Shown: positions 34,581-44,229, numbered from the stretch's first letter. The stretch: DNA of 64,000 bases from Alphaproteobacteria bacterium (GCA_965205265.1 CBDBGH010000003.1:3328001-3392000), one strand, 5' to 3'. Numbers and translations: made by a program. Notes: a model not told the origin generated them from the letters alone.

Positions 34581-35870
34581 ATGTCGAGAATAGCGATAAC
34601 CGGTGCGCAGCTGTGGGACGGCGAGACGGACGCGCCCGTCCCCGCAACCGTCGTGGTGGAGGGCAACCGCATCGCCGCGGTCGCGCCCGCGGGCGAATCT
34701 ATAGGCGATCTGCCGGAAGAACGGATCGACGGCGCCGGCATGACCTTGATGCCCGGCATGGTGGAAGGCCACTGCCACCCGAGCTTCACCGGCATCATAG
34801 CCCCGCCGGACCTTGGCCGGATCGGCCCCGAGCGGCACATGCTGCTGACGGCGCAGAACCTGCGGCTGTTGCTGGAGCACGGCTTCACCTCGATCTTCGA
34901 GGCGGCCTCCGCCAAGCCGCTGCTGGGCGTCAATGCCCGCGACGCCATCGAGGAGGGCATGCTGGCCGGGCCCCGCATGCGCGCCGGCTCGCCCGAGATC
35001 ACCACCACGGCGGGGCTCGGCGACGAGCGCCAGCGCCACCTCCACCAGGAAAGCTTCGGGCTTGTCGCCGACGGGCCGGAGGAGATGCGCAAGGTAGCGC
35101 GCGAATGCGTCCGCGACCGCGTGGACCAGCTCAAGATCAACCTCTCCGGCGACGACTTCGTGCCGTTCGCCGGGGGCGAGGTCACGCCGACCAACGATGA
35201 CGAAGTGGCGGCGCTTGTCGGGGTCGCGCGCGATTTCGGCAAGATGGTGGCCTGCCACGCCCGCTCCTCGAAAAGCGTGATGATGGCGGTCCGGCACGGC
35301 ATCGAGTGCATCTACCACTGCGATTACGCCGACGAGGAGGCGCTCGATGCACTGGAGAGCGTCAAGGACACGGCCTTTGTCGGCCCGGCTTTCGGCCTCG
35401 TCCACAACTCCACCCGGGAGGGCGAAAAATACGGGCTGGACCGTGAGACCGTGGAGTCCCTCGGCCTCTTCCGGATGTTCGACCTGACCTGCGAGACCTA
35501 TCACGAGCTCCGCAGGCGCGGCGTCCGGGTGGTGGTCGGCGGCGATTACGGCTTCGCCATGACGCCGATGGGCCAGAACGCGCGCGATATCGAGCATTTC
35601 GTGCGCTGGTTCGGCTATTCGCCGGCTGACGCGCTGCGCTGCGCCACGGTCGTGGGCGCGGAGCTGATGGGCAAGGCGGGCGAGCTCGGCAAGGTGAAGG
35701 AAGGCTACCTCGCCGACCTGCTGCTGGTGCGCGGCGACCCGGTGGAGGACGTCTCGCTGGTGCAGGACCGGGACAATCTCGCGATGATCATGAAGGACGG
35801 CGTCATTTACAAGGACCCGCGCCTCGGCACGGCGCCCATGGACGACCACCTGGTCCAGGCCGCCGAATAG
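34581..35870 (+). CDS. Metal-dependent amidohydrolase
   Basis: MPGMVEGHCH, ACHAR, IYHC, GGDYGF, GYLADLLLV.GDP. Confidence 0.9.
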   Translation: MSRIAITGAQLWDGETDAPVPATVVVEGNRIAAVAPAGESIGDLPEERIDGAGMTLMPGMVEGHCHPSFTGIIAPPDLGRIGPERHMLLTAQNLRLLLEHGFTSIFEAASAKPLLGVNARDAIEEGMLAGPRMRAGSPEITTTAGLGDERQRHLHQESFGLVADGPEEMRKVARECVRDRVDQLKINLSGDDFVPFAGGEVTPTNDDEVAALVGVARDFGKMVACHARSSKSVMMAVRHGIECIYHCDYADEEALDALESVKDTAFVGPAFGLVHNSTREGEKYGLDRETVESLGLFRMFDLTCETYHELRRRGVRVVVGGDYGFAMTPMGQNARDIEHFVRWFGYSPADALRCATVVGAELMGKAGELGKVKEGYLADLLLVRGDPVEDVSLVQDRDNLAMIMKDGVIYKDPRLGTAPMDDHLVQAAE

Positions 35871-35882
35871 GAGGAACCGCTC

Positions 35883-36755
35883 ATGACCGCGATTATCCCG
35901 CTCGACGCCGCATTCGGCGCGGAAATCCGGGGCGTCGATCTGGGCGCGGGGGCCGATGAGGCGCTCATGCGCCGGCTTACGGGCGCGCTCTACGACCACC
36001 GCGTCATCGTCATCCGCGACCAGACGCTCGACGAGGAGAGCTATCTCGGCTTCGGCCGGCAATGGGGCGAGCCGATCCCCCATGTGCTCGACCATATGCG
36101 CATGGCCGGCTATCCGGAGCTCATGACCGTCGGCAATACCGAGAAGCGCGACGAGGACCCGAAGATCCGCAACGGCGCCGCGCTCTGGCACACCGACCAG
36201 TCCTACGAAAAGGTCCCGGCGAGCGCGACGATGCTCTACTCGATCGCCGCGCCGGAGGAAGGCGGCGAGACGCAGTTCTGCGACATGGCTGCGGCTTACG
36301 ACAATCTGGACGAGGCCATGAAGCGGCGCACCGACGGCCTCCGCGTCGCGCACAAATACGGGCGCGGCAAGCGGCGCAAGGACGAGCCGCCGGCGAACCC
36401 GATCGTCAACGAGGATCAGGACAGCCGCGTGCCGCCGGTCTGGCACCCGCTGGTCATGCCCCACCCGGTCACGGGCCGCAAGGCGCTCTACGCGCTCGGC
36501 CACGGCGCCTATGCCATAGAAGGCATGGCCGACGCCGAGGCGGAGGCGCTGCTGGACGAGCTCAAGGACCACGCGCTGGAGGAGCGGCATATCTACCGCC
36601 ACAAATACGCCGAGGGCGACCTTGTGGTGTGGGATACGCTGCAGACCATGCATGCTGCAACGCCCATCGGCGTCGCGACGGGCAAGTGGAATTCGCGCCT
36701 CCTCTGGCGCATCAGCGTGCGCGGCCGCCCGGCGGTCCACGCGCAGGCGGCCTGA
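35883..36755 (+). CDS. TauD/TfdA-family Fe(II)/2-oxoglutarate dioxygenase
   Basis: WHTDQSY, GGETQFCD, HPLV..HP.TGRKAL, VWD...MH.A. Confidence 0.92.
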   Translation: MTAIIPLDAAFGAEIRGVDLGAGADEALMRRLTGALYDHRVIVIRDQTLDEESYLGFGRQWGEPIPHVLDHMRMAGYPELMTVGNTEKRDEDPKIRNGAALWHTDQSYEKVPASATMLYSIAAPEEGGETQFCDMAAAYDNLDEAMKRRTDGLRVAHKYGRGKRRKDEPPANPIVNEDQDSRVPPVWHPLVMPHPVTGRKALYALGHGAYAIEGMADAEAEALLDELKDHALEERHIYRHKYAEGDLVVWDTLQTMHAATPIGVATGKWNSRLLWRISVRGRPAVHAQAA

Positions 36756-36761
36756 CCGACC

Positions 36762-37181
36762 GTGGCGGAACTCCCCCTCGAAGGCGGCTGCCTCTGTGGC
36801 GCGCTGCGCTACCGGATCGGTGCGGCGCCGCTCTGGACCGGCTACTGCCACTGCACGACCTGCCGGCGCAGCACCGGCGCGCCGGTCACCATGTTCGTCG
36901 GCGCGGCCACGGAGTCGGTCGCCTTCACCAGGGGCGAGCGGGCCGTGTTCGCCTCTTCGCCCGGCGTCGAGCGCGGCTTCTGCGCCGCCTGCGGCACTCC
37001 GCTCACCTACGAGTCGGACCGTTTCCCCGGCGAGACCCATTTCTACATCAGCACCTTCGACGACCCCGAGGCCCTGCCGCCAACCTTCCACGTCTTCTGC
37101 GAGGAGCGGATAGGCTGGCTCGAAATCGCCGACAACCTGCCCCGGCACGCCACGGTGACGGGACGGGCGGACGGGGGGTAG
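36762..37181 (+). CDS. GFA-family (CENP-V/glutathione-dependent formaldehyde-activating) protein
   Basis: GGCLCG, CHCTTCRR, RGFCAACG. Confidence 0.92.
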   Translation: MAELPLEGGCLCGALRYRIGAAPLWTGYCHCTTCRRSTGAPVTMFVGAATESVAFTRGERAVFASSPGVERGFCAACGTPLTYESDRFPGETHFYISTFDDPEALPPTFHVFCEERIGWLEIADNLPRHATVTGRADGG

Positions 37182-37217
37182 CCGGCGCGGCGGGGAAGGG
37201 GCCCACTCCACCGGAAC

Positions 37218-37286
37218 GTCATGATGTGTCATGTTTTGTCATGCGGCGTGGCGAGCCTTCCCTGCGATGCGTCATGAAATGTCATG
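37218..37286. repeat. Five GTCATG motifs phased at 10 bp
   Basis: GTCATG at 37218, 37228, 37238, 37271 and 37281. Confidence 0.75.
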
Positions 37287-37707
37287 ACCAGAATGCGCCT
37301 GACGCATAAGCGATGGTCGTTTCCGGCATGGGCATCTCCTTCCTGCTCCCGTTTCGTTCTATCCACCCCGCCGCCGGCTGCCTGTGGCGGGACCCTTTTC
37401 CGCGCGTAATCGCGTGCGCGCCTGCGCGGGCGGGCGGGCGCGTTTTGCGCCGGCGCGGTTCGCGCGCCTGATTGCGCCCGCGCGCGCAAGCCCAGGCGCA
37501 GGGCGCACGTCTCCCCTTGGTTTCACGGGAGTTTTTTTCGCGCCGGCGCCGACGCAATAGGCGAGACGGCCTCCGGATGCCGCCCCGACCCGCCTTATAT
37601 GGCAGCAGATATTCCGATATCAAGTTCTTTTAGGAACTATAGCAAACATTTAGTGAACAATGCACTTCTTTACGATCCTGCTACCTGCGCGGCCCCCGAA
37701 TTCCCGG

Positions 37708-38007
37708 TCAGGCGGAAACCGGCGCGGCGAACCTCTTCACGGTCTCGTCAATCGATGGTCCCGCTTCCCGGGTTACCAACTCCAACTCGTAGTGGGATTG
37801 CAGATTGAGCCAGAACGCGGCCGAGACCCCGAATGCGCGTTCGAGCCGAAGCGCGGTGTCGGCGGTGATGCCGCAGCGTCCGCGCAGGATGCCCGCGATC
37901 CGATTCCGGGAGACGCCCAGCGCTTCGGCCAGCCGGGCGACGCTCAATCCGTGCGGCTCCATGAAGTCTTCGCGAAGCGTCACCCCGGGGTGAATGGGTC
38001 CGATCAT
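37708..38007 (-). CDS. higA: HigA-family antitoxin (XRE HTH)
   Basis: PIHPG..LREDF, ITADTALRL...FG.S..FWLNLQ. Confidence 0.92.
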   Translation of the reverse strand: MIGPIHPGVTLREDFMEPHGLSVARLAEALGVSRNRIAGILRGRCGITADTALRLERAFGVSAAFWLNLQSHYELELVTREAGPSIDETVKRFAAPVSA

Positions 38008-38285
38008 CGATGGTAATCCGTCAGTTCCACATTGGCTGGTCCGTCATCCCAGTCGAACACAATACGGTATTGCACGTTGACGGCAACGGCCCATTGGCCG
38101 GCGCGGTCTCCTCTCAGCCTGTGCAGTCTCGCGCCGGGGTTCTTCCGCAAGTCGTCCAGCATCGTGGCTGCGTTCAACACGTTGAGTCTTCGTTTTGCCT
38201 GGGCCTGTATGTTCGCGAAACGACGAACGCGCCGATCAAGCCACACGGCCTCGGTGTCCCTGTCGGCGAACGACCTTATCGTCAT
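38004..38285 (-). CDS. higB: HigB/RelE-family toxin
   Basis: IRSFAD..TE, PG.RLH.L.GDRAGQW...VN.QYRIVF.W; ATGA overlap with higA. Confidence 0.92.
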   Translation of the reverse strand: MTIRSFADRDTEAVWLDRRVRRFANIQAQAKRRLNVLNAATMLDDLRKNPGARLHRLRGDRAGQWAVAVNVQYRIVFDWDDGPANVELTDYHR

Positions 38286-38411
38286 GGTCGTTGTGTTGTG
38301 CACTGCGAGTGTCGGTCAAGACAAACAAGCGATCCGGGAAGCATCATGTCTGGCGCGGAGCCCCGATTTCCCTTGAATGATCGATGCCTCGGCTCGAAAC
38401 CGCAGTCACCC

Positions 38412-39533
38412 TCACCCCAGCAGCTCCCGCCGCGCCAGATTCCCCATCAGGGCGCGGGCGCCGAAGGTCCAGCGGGGGGCGTTTTCGCAGGTGGTGACGC
38501 GGTTTGTGAGCGCGCCGAGGCGGGGGCTTGAGACCGTGACGAGGTCGCCTTCCTTGTGGGTGAAGCCCTGGCCGGGGGCGTCGCGGTCCTGAACGGGCGC
38601 GAACAGCGTGCCGGTGAAGAGCGCGAGCCCGTCGGGGTAGTCATGCGCGGCGCCGATGGTCTGCGCCGCGAGGTCCTCGATGTCGCGGCTGATCTCCGCC
38701 ATCGAGCTGCTGCCCTCCAGCGCGAAGCCGTCCTCCCCCGTCACATGCAGCGCAATCTCGGCGGCGCGCATGTCGTCCAGACCGAAATCATCGTCGACGA
38801 GGCGGATGAAGGGGCCGAGCGCGGCCGAGGCGTTGTTGTCCTTCGCCTTTCCCAGCAGCAGGGCGCTGCGGCCCTCAATGTCGCGCAGGTTCACGTCGTT
38901 GCCGAGCGTCGCGCCCACGATCCGGCCCGAGGGCGCGATGACCAGCACGAGCTCCGGCTCCGGATTGTTCCAGACCGAGTCGGAGCGGATGCCGATCGCC
39001 ATGCCCGGCCCGACCGCCGACATGGGCTGCGCCTTGGTGAACACCTCGGCGTCCGGCCCGATGCCGACCTCCAGATAGGCCGACCAGAGCCCGCGCGCCA
39101 CCAGCGCCTGCTTGAGCCGCGCGGCCTCCGCGGAGCCGGGCCGGATCGCCGCCAGGTCCGCGCCGATTTCCTTCGCGAGCATGTTGCGGACGCCCTCGGC
39201 GGCCGCCGGATCGCCGCGCGCCTGCTCCTCGATCACCCGCTCCAGCATGCTGGCGGCGAAGGTGACGCCGCAGGCCTTGACCGCCTGCAGATCGACCGGG
39301 GCCAGCAGCGAGTCCCGCGCCTCGAGCGGCCCCAGCTCCTCTCCCGAAGCTGCGCGGAGCGCCGCCGCCGGGTCGTCGGCCGTGAGCAGGTCCGCGATGG
39401 TCGGGAAGGCGCCCGTCACATCGACCAGGCGGCCTTCGCGCAGCGCCACGACGGACGGGCCTCCGGCATCGTCTCGCCAGACCCGCCCGGCGAGCGCGGC
39501 GCGGTCTGCGTCTTCAGGCGGGCGGATGCTCAT
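38412..39533 (-). CDS. Fumarylacetoacetate hydrolase family protein (XylX/KDX dehydratase-like)
   Basis: KACGVTFAASMLERVIEE, WNNPEPE, GNDVNLRD.EGRSALLL.KAKDN. Confidence 0.88.
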   Translation of the reverse strand: MSIRPPEDADRAALAGRVWRDDAGGPSVVALREGRLVDVTGAFPTIADLLTADDPAAALRAASGEELGPLEARDSLLAPVDLQAVKACGVTFAASMLERVIEEQARGDPAAAEGVRNMLAKEIGADLAAIRPGSAEAARLKQALVARGLWSAYLEVGIGPDAEVFTKAQPMSAVGPGMAIGIRSDSVWNNPEPELVLVIAPSGRIVGATLGNDVNLRDIEGRSALLLGKAKDNNASAALGPFIRLVDDDFGLDDMRAAEIALHVTGEDGFALEGSSSMAEISRDIEDLAAQTIGAAHDYPDGLALFTGTLFAPVQDRDAPGQGFTHKEGDLVTVSSPRLGALTNRVTTCENAPRWTFGARALMGNLARRELLG

Positions 39534-39665
39534 TCCGGGCTCCTCCGGCGGCGTGTGCGGCCATCATAGCGCGCGGATGGGACTGGAACAGCGCGACGCC
39601 CTACCCTCCGGCACCGGCTACGGCTAGACTGCCAGCGGTCGCAGATTGTCGGGGAGGCATGCGCC

Positions 39666-40239
39666 ATGCCGTTCGAAGCCGTTCCGCTCTCCGGGTCCTT
39701 CGGCGCCGAGGTCCGGGGCGTCGATCTCGGCGCCCTCGACGATGCCGGCTTTGCCGAGGCGCATGCTGCGCTGCTCGAATACGGGGTGGTCGCCTTCCGG
39801 GACCAGAAGCTCGATCCGGATGCCTATCTCGCCTTCGCCAGACGCTGGGGCGGCATCCACCTGCATCCCCATCTGAAGGGCCTCGACGACCGGCCGGAGA
39901 TCATCGAGATCGTGCGCGAGGCGGACGACCCGACCGGCTTCGCCGACCACTGGCACACGGACCAGAGCTTCACACCGACACCCGCCATGGCGACCCTGCT
40001 CTACGCCAGGGAGGTGCCGGCGGCCGGCGGCGACACGCTGTTCGCCAATCTCTACGCCTCCTATGACGCGCTCTCGGACGGCATGAAGGCGGCGGCGGCG
40101 AAGCTCACCACCCACAATCTCTACAACAAGCACGCGCCGCGCTCGGCAAAGATGCAGAGGCGCGTGACCGAACAGGACAAGCCCGCGGAGCCGGCATACC
40201 ACCCGCTGGTGCGCGTCCACCCCGAGACCGGGCGCCCGG
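39666..40239 (+). pseudogene. TauD-family dioxygenase, 5' part (interrupted by IS21 element)
   Basis: WHTDQSF, GGDTLFAN, HPLVRVHPETGRP, then the IS end begins at 40240. Confidence 0.92.
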
Positions 40240-40333
40240 TGTTAGCGACGGTTAGGAAGGGCGTTTATTTGCTGGCGCGGAACGGCCGGTTTGTGCGGCT
40301 TGCGAGCAGCGTCGCATGGGTTAGGTGTTGCGT

Positions 40334-41227
40334 TCATCTGATTGGGCGGTCATCGGTTTCGAGCGGCTCGCCGTCGCGGTCACGGATGAGCATGTCGTTC
40401 CAGTCCTGGTTTTCGAGGGCCGGTCGCATTCGGACGATTCTTGTGTCGTTGTCTTGCATGCGGCGGGCGGCGTGATCGCCGTATCGTGTAGCGTCCCAGG
40501 CACAGAAGATACGGCGCGGGTTCCAGGCCTCGACCCATTTGGGGATTCTGGCCGTGATGGCGCCGGTGGAGACGACGGCGCATTTGCTGCGTTTTTCCGG
40601 GACGAGGTGGAGGGAGAGGATCGACAGGGCGTCGAGGGCGCTGCCGGTGAGGATGACGGTGCCGGGCCAGTCGGGCTCCCATGACATCCAGAAGCCGCCG
40701 TCTGCGGCCGGCTCCTGCGCTGCGGGGAGGGTCTCTATGCCGACCACCTTGCTGGCGGCGTTTCGGCGGAGGAACACGGGATTGCCGCGCCGGTCGGCAC
40801 GGATCAGGCCGAGGCCTCGGCATAGCTCGACGAGCGCGTCGGCGAGGCCGCGCTGCTCGATGAGGTATTGCCGCAGCGCCGGCCAGCGAGGGTCCTGGCA
40901 CGAGGGCTCCGCCTCACAGCGACTGTTCGGGAGCCGTGAGTGGCGCGGCAGTTGGGCGAGGAAGTCGAGGGCTTCGGTCGTTGGGCATCCGAGCGCATGA
41001 ACCGCCAGCTGGATGGCCCCGGCGCCTCCCTCTCCGCGCAGATGGTCGTAGAACATGAAGCGGTTGATGGAGAGGACCGAACCGGCTCGTCTCCAGCGCG
41101 CGGCATCGGCGGGATCGCGGCGATAGCCGAGGGCGTGGACCACGTCTTCGAGGGGGCAGCTTCGCAGCCCCTCGGCCCGCAGGCGGCGATCCCATGGATG
41201 CAGATGCTGCACGGCTGGCTCAGGCAT
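40334..41227 (-). CDS. DUF3991/TOPRIM-domain primase-like passenger protein (297 aa)
   Basis: [14 protein letters not shown]...LG N-domain; YLIEQRGL...[11 protein letters not shown] (DUF3991-like); [25 protein letters not shown]...QDWND (TOPRIM-like); start overlaps istB stop (ATGCCTGA). Confidence 0.75.
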   Translation of the reverse strand: MPEPAVQHLHPWDRRLRAEGLRSCPLEDVVHALGYRRDPADAARWRRAGSVLSINRFMFYDHLRGEGGAGAIQLAVHALGCPTTEALDFLAQLPRHSRLPNSRCEAEPSCQDPRWPALRQYLIEQRGLADALVELCRGLGLIRADRRGNPVFLRRNAASKVVGIETLPAAQEPAADGGFWMSWEPDWPGTVILTGSALDALSILSLHLVPEKRSKCAVVSTGAITARIPKWVEAWNPRRIFCAWDATRYGDHAARRMQDNDTRIVRMRPALENQDWNDMLIRDRDGEPLETDDRPIR

Positions 41228-42005
41228 CCCCCGTGTCTTGCGCCGTGCTCTTGCCCGCTCCTTTTGCCGATCGCCGCCGGCGGCGATCGGCGCTGCGCTG
41301 CTTCTGGCGTTCCTCGGCCTCCTTGCGGCGGTATGAGTCGCCGTCGATGGCGAGGATCTCGGCATTGTGGACGAGCCGGTCGACAAGGGCCACGAGGCAG
41401 GCGGCGTTGGGGAAGGCCTCGCTCCACTCGGCGAAGGGGCGGTTTGTGGTGATGATGGTGGAGCGCTGCTGGCTGCGGCTTGAGACGATATTGAACAGCA
41501 GGTCGGCATGACGGTTGGAGTAGGAGAGATATCCGACTTCGTCGATGACCAGGAGGTGCTGGCGGGCGTAGAAGCGCAGCCTGCGCTGGAGCATTGTGTC
41601 GGAGTCGATGGCGGCGAGCTCGCCGAGCAGGCTGGCGGCGGTTGCGAAGCGCACGGTGTGGCCTTCGAGGACGGCGCGGTGTGCGATATTGGCGGCGATT
41701 GTGGACTTGCCGACGCCGTTGGGGCCGATGAGGACGACATTGGCGCCCTCGCGGAGGAAGTTGAGGGTCATGAGGTCCTCGACGGCCATGCGGTCGCATC
41801 GCCTTGGCCAGTCCCAGTCGAAGTCGGCGAGCGGCTTGAACTGTCCGAGGCGGGCGGCGGTGAGGCGTCGCCTGAGGCTTCGGCTTCGCCTCTCTTCCTC
41901 TTCCCATGCGATCAGGGGCGGGAGCCAGTCGCGCTCCGCAACCTCGCTCCAGTGGGCGAGGAGGCCGTGCAGTCCGAGCGCCGTGGCGCGGTCCTTGAGG
42001 GTCAT
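41220..42005 (-). CDS. istB: IS21 helper AAA+ ATPase IstB
   Basis: Walker A GPNGVGKS, Walker [24 protein letters not shown]. Confidence 0.96.
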   Translation of the reverse strand: MTLKDRATALGLHGLLAHWSEVAERDWLPPLIAWEEEERRSRSLRRRLTAARLGQFKPLADFDWDWPRRCDRMAVEDLMTLNFLREGANVVLIGPNGVGKSTIAANIAHRAVLEGHTVRFATAASLLGELAAIDSDTMLQRRLRFYARQHLLVIDEVGYLSYSNRHADLLFNIVSSRSQQRSTIITTNRPFAEWSEAFPNAACLVALVDRLVHNAEILAIDGDSYRRKEAEERQKQRSADRRRRRSAKGAGKSTAQDTGDA

Positions 42006-43507
42006 TCTTCGCTGTCCTCCTCGTGGTGGCTTGCGAGCCCGTCGTATCCGCCGAGGTCGTGATCGCGGACCGCGATATCGCGCAGTCTTGGATCGCCGGG
42101 CAGGTCGATGGGGATGGGTGGTGGCTCGTTGCGCTGTTCGCGCCGCCGGTTCAGGCTGAAGCGCACCGCATTGGGATGGGGGACGCCGCGCTCAAGGGCT
42201 TCATCGATGGCGGCTTCGAGTTCGACGGCTCCGTAGTCGTCGAGCAGGCGCAGCAGGGAGGCGACGGTTGTGCCGATATTGCCGCCGCGCCTGGCGGTCT
42301 CGGCAAGCAGGCGCTCGCTGTCGGGGGCGGCCTGGAGAAGGCGGCTCTGCCCGCGCAGGCGGTGGGCGTGACGTTTGAGCCTGACCAGCTCCTCGATGTG
42401 CTCGGGGGTCTCGATGCGGGCCGCCTTGTCGAAGCTGCGCGGATGACGGGCGACGGTGTCGGCGCCGTCGAGGATGCGTACCTCCTCCAGTGTCGCGACC
42501 ACGGTGAGGGTGCGCCGCGTATGGGTATGCGGGACGCTATAGTCATTGAGGTCGAACCTGGCGTAGGGGGTCTTGCCGATCCTGACCTCGACCCTCTCGT
42601 CGACGGGGGGCCGGTCGTCGGGCAGCGCCATCAGGGAGCCGCGCTCGCGCTCGAAGGCCTCGCGCACGGTGAGGGAGCGGTCGTCCGGCCAGCGACGGTC
42701 GGCGGCGACGCCGTCGCACCAGGCGCGGGCCCGGGCGTTCAGGTCGTCGAGGTCGCGCCAGGCGCGGGCGGCGAAGAAGTTGTCGCGCACATAGCGTATG
42801 GCGCGCTCCACGCGCCCCTTCTCGTTGCCGCGCGCGACCGCGACCGGCTTGGGCAGGAAGCGGTAGCGGGCGGCGAAGTCGAGGAGCCGGGGGTTGAACC
42901 GGATGGCGTCGCCCTGGCGCTCCAGCACGACGCTCTTCAGGTTGTCGTACCATAGCTCGCGGGGCACGCCCTGCCAGGCCTCGAAGGCCTCGACATGGCC
43001 GCGCAGGAAGTTGTCCATCGCGGCATTGAGGTAGAAGTGCAGGAAGATGCGGCGCGAGTAGCTCAGCACCATCACGAAGCCCATCAGCGGGCGCTCCGCG
43101 CGCCCGATCCTCACCTTGCCGAAGTGGGCCCAGTCCACCTGGGCCAGCTCGCCGGGCAGGGTCTTGAGGCGCAGATAGGCCTCGGCCACAGGCCGCGGGC
43201 GCTCCGGCGCGATCATGCGCCGGAAGTGGCTCTGGCTGCCCCGGTAGCCGCGCTCGACCGCCATCTGGTAGAGCCGGCTGGCTGGCAGCCTGGGCCAGAC
43301 CGCCAGGGTCTGGCGGATGAAGGGCCGGAACGGATCGATCATCGAAGCCCTGCGCCGCCTCTCACGCGCGGGCGCCCCGGCGGCCGCTACCGCGCGCTCG
43401 ACCGTGCCGTGGTGGACGCCGAGCTGGCGCGCGATCGTGCCGATCCTCCACTTCTCGGCAAAATACAGCCGCTGGATCTCGGCACGGGTCTGCTTGTCGA
43501 TCGCCAT
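42002..43507 (-). CDS. istA: IS21 DDE transposase IstA
   Basis: N-terminal HTH; QVDW (D), WYDNLKS (D), EKGRVER (E); NDYSVP. Confidence 0.96.
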   Translation of the reverse strand: MAIDKQTRAEIQRLYFAEKWRIGTIARQLGVHHGTVERAVAAAGAPARERRRRASMIDPFRPFIRQTLAVWPRLPASRLYQMAVERGYRGSQSHFRRMIAPERPRPVAEAYLRLKTLPGELAQVDWAHFGKVRIGRAERPLMGFVMVLSYSRRIFLHFYLNAAMDNFLRGHVEAFEAWQGVPRELWYDNLKSVVLERQGDAIRFNPRLLDFAARYRFLPKPVAVARGNEKGRVERAIRYVRDNFFAARAWRDLDDLNARARAWCDGVAADRRWPDDRSLTVREAFERERGSLMALPDDRPPVDERVEVRIGKTPYARFDLNDYSVPHTHTRRTLTVVATLEEVRILDGADTVARHPRSFDKAARIETPEHIEELVRLKRHAHRLRGQSRLLQAAPDSERLLAETARRGGNIGTTVASLLRLLDDYGAVELEAAIDEALERGVPHPNAVRFSLNRRREQRNEPPPIPIDLPGDPRLRDIAVRDHDLGGYDGLASHHEEDSEE

Positions 43508-43508
43508 C

Positions 43509-43943
43509 TCACTCCCTTCGCGCCTGGCGCAGGCCCGGATAGACCGCCAGGCCGCAGAACCGACCGCAGCGCTCGCAGCGGAACACCCGGGCGGGACGGT
43601 CGGGCCCGAAGGGCCGGGTTCCGGACCGCCCCGCCGGTATGCGCGCCACATCAGGACGCCGGCGCGCGACGGTCAAAGGGTGATGCGTCACTTTCTGCGC
43701 GATGGCCCGAACTGCCGGCTGCCGCACACGGCGCCGTTCGCGGTAGCGCCGCTGGCGCTCGGCATGCTTGTGACGGCCCCGGCGGCTGTTCTGGTAGCGC
43801 TGCCCCGCAAGGCGCACCGACCGACGCCGCGCCCGCCCGCTGCAACGCGGCGAACAGTAGATATGGCCAGAGTCGCAGCGCCGGCAGAGAACCACCTGGC
43901 GGCGGCACAGGGCGCAGGTGAACAGGCGGGCGGCGTTCCTCAT
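43509..43943 (-). CDS. Cys-rich basic putative zinc-finger protein inside the IS21 element (144 aa)
   Basis: CALC..CRRC..YCSPRC, Arg-rich helix, C-terminal CERCG.FC; stop lies 1 nt before the istA ATG. Confidence 0.72.
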   Translation of the reverse strand: MRNAARLFTCALCRRQVVLCRRCDSGHIYCSPRCSGRARRRSVRLAGQRYQNSRRGRHKHAERQRRYRERRRVRQPAVRAIAQKVTHHPLTVARRRPDVARIPAGRSGTRPFGPDRPARVFRCERCGRFCGLAVYPGLRQARRE

Positions 43944-44172
43944 CGCGACCGATGAGAACGGGGTGGACCCACGCCCGGACGCGCACGATACTGCGCTTCC
44001 GGGCCGCGCCTTGCATGGCTCGGGGGGTGCGGCGCCGGTCGTTGCCACCAAGCCAACGGGGCCGGCGCCGCATCGTTCTCAGAAGCCCCAGTCTACCCCC
44101 TGCCGCAGCCCGGGAACGGCCAACCCGGTCGCCAGGACGTCGCCGCCCTCCGGGAGGCGAAAATCTCAACGC

Positions 44173-44229
44173 GACGGGGGCCGAGGACTCCGGTCGGGCT
44201 ACGCCCTCCTTCCGTCCTCGGCCCCCGTC
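44173..44229. repeat. Perfect 16-bp inverted repeat enclosing a GGGC-TAC-GCCC mini-hairpin
   Basis: GACGGGGGCCGAGGAC (44173-44188) pairs with GTCCTCGGCCCCCGTC (44214-44229). Confidence 0.85.

Noticed and set aside
33843-37232. Very long antisense ORFs (1129 aa here; also 29769-32639, 14398-16989, 47838-50348)
   Set aside because: Shadow ORFs of GC-rich coding genes on the opposite strand with no recognisable motifs.
37218-37286. CRISPR array
   Set aside because: Repeats are 6 bp with 4-bp spacers and there are no cas genes in the window.
39666-40475. 269-aa ORF as a complete gene
   Set aside because: It is the tauD 5' half reading through into the IS end.
40334-41740. 468-aa version of the TOPRIM ORF or an IstB-TOPRIM frameshift fusion
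   Set aside because: The N-terminal extension is an alternative frame of istB with low-complexity composition; ATG 41227 overlapping the istB stop is the likelier start, and no slippery site was seen.
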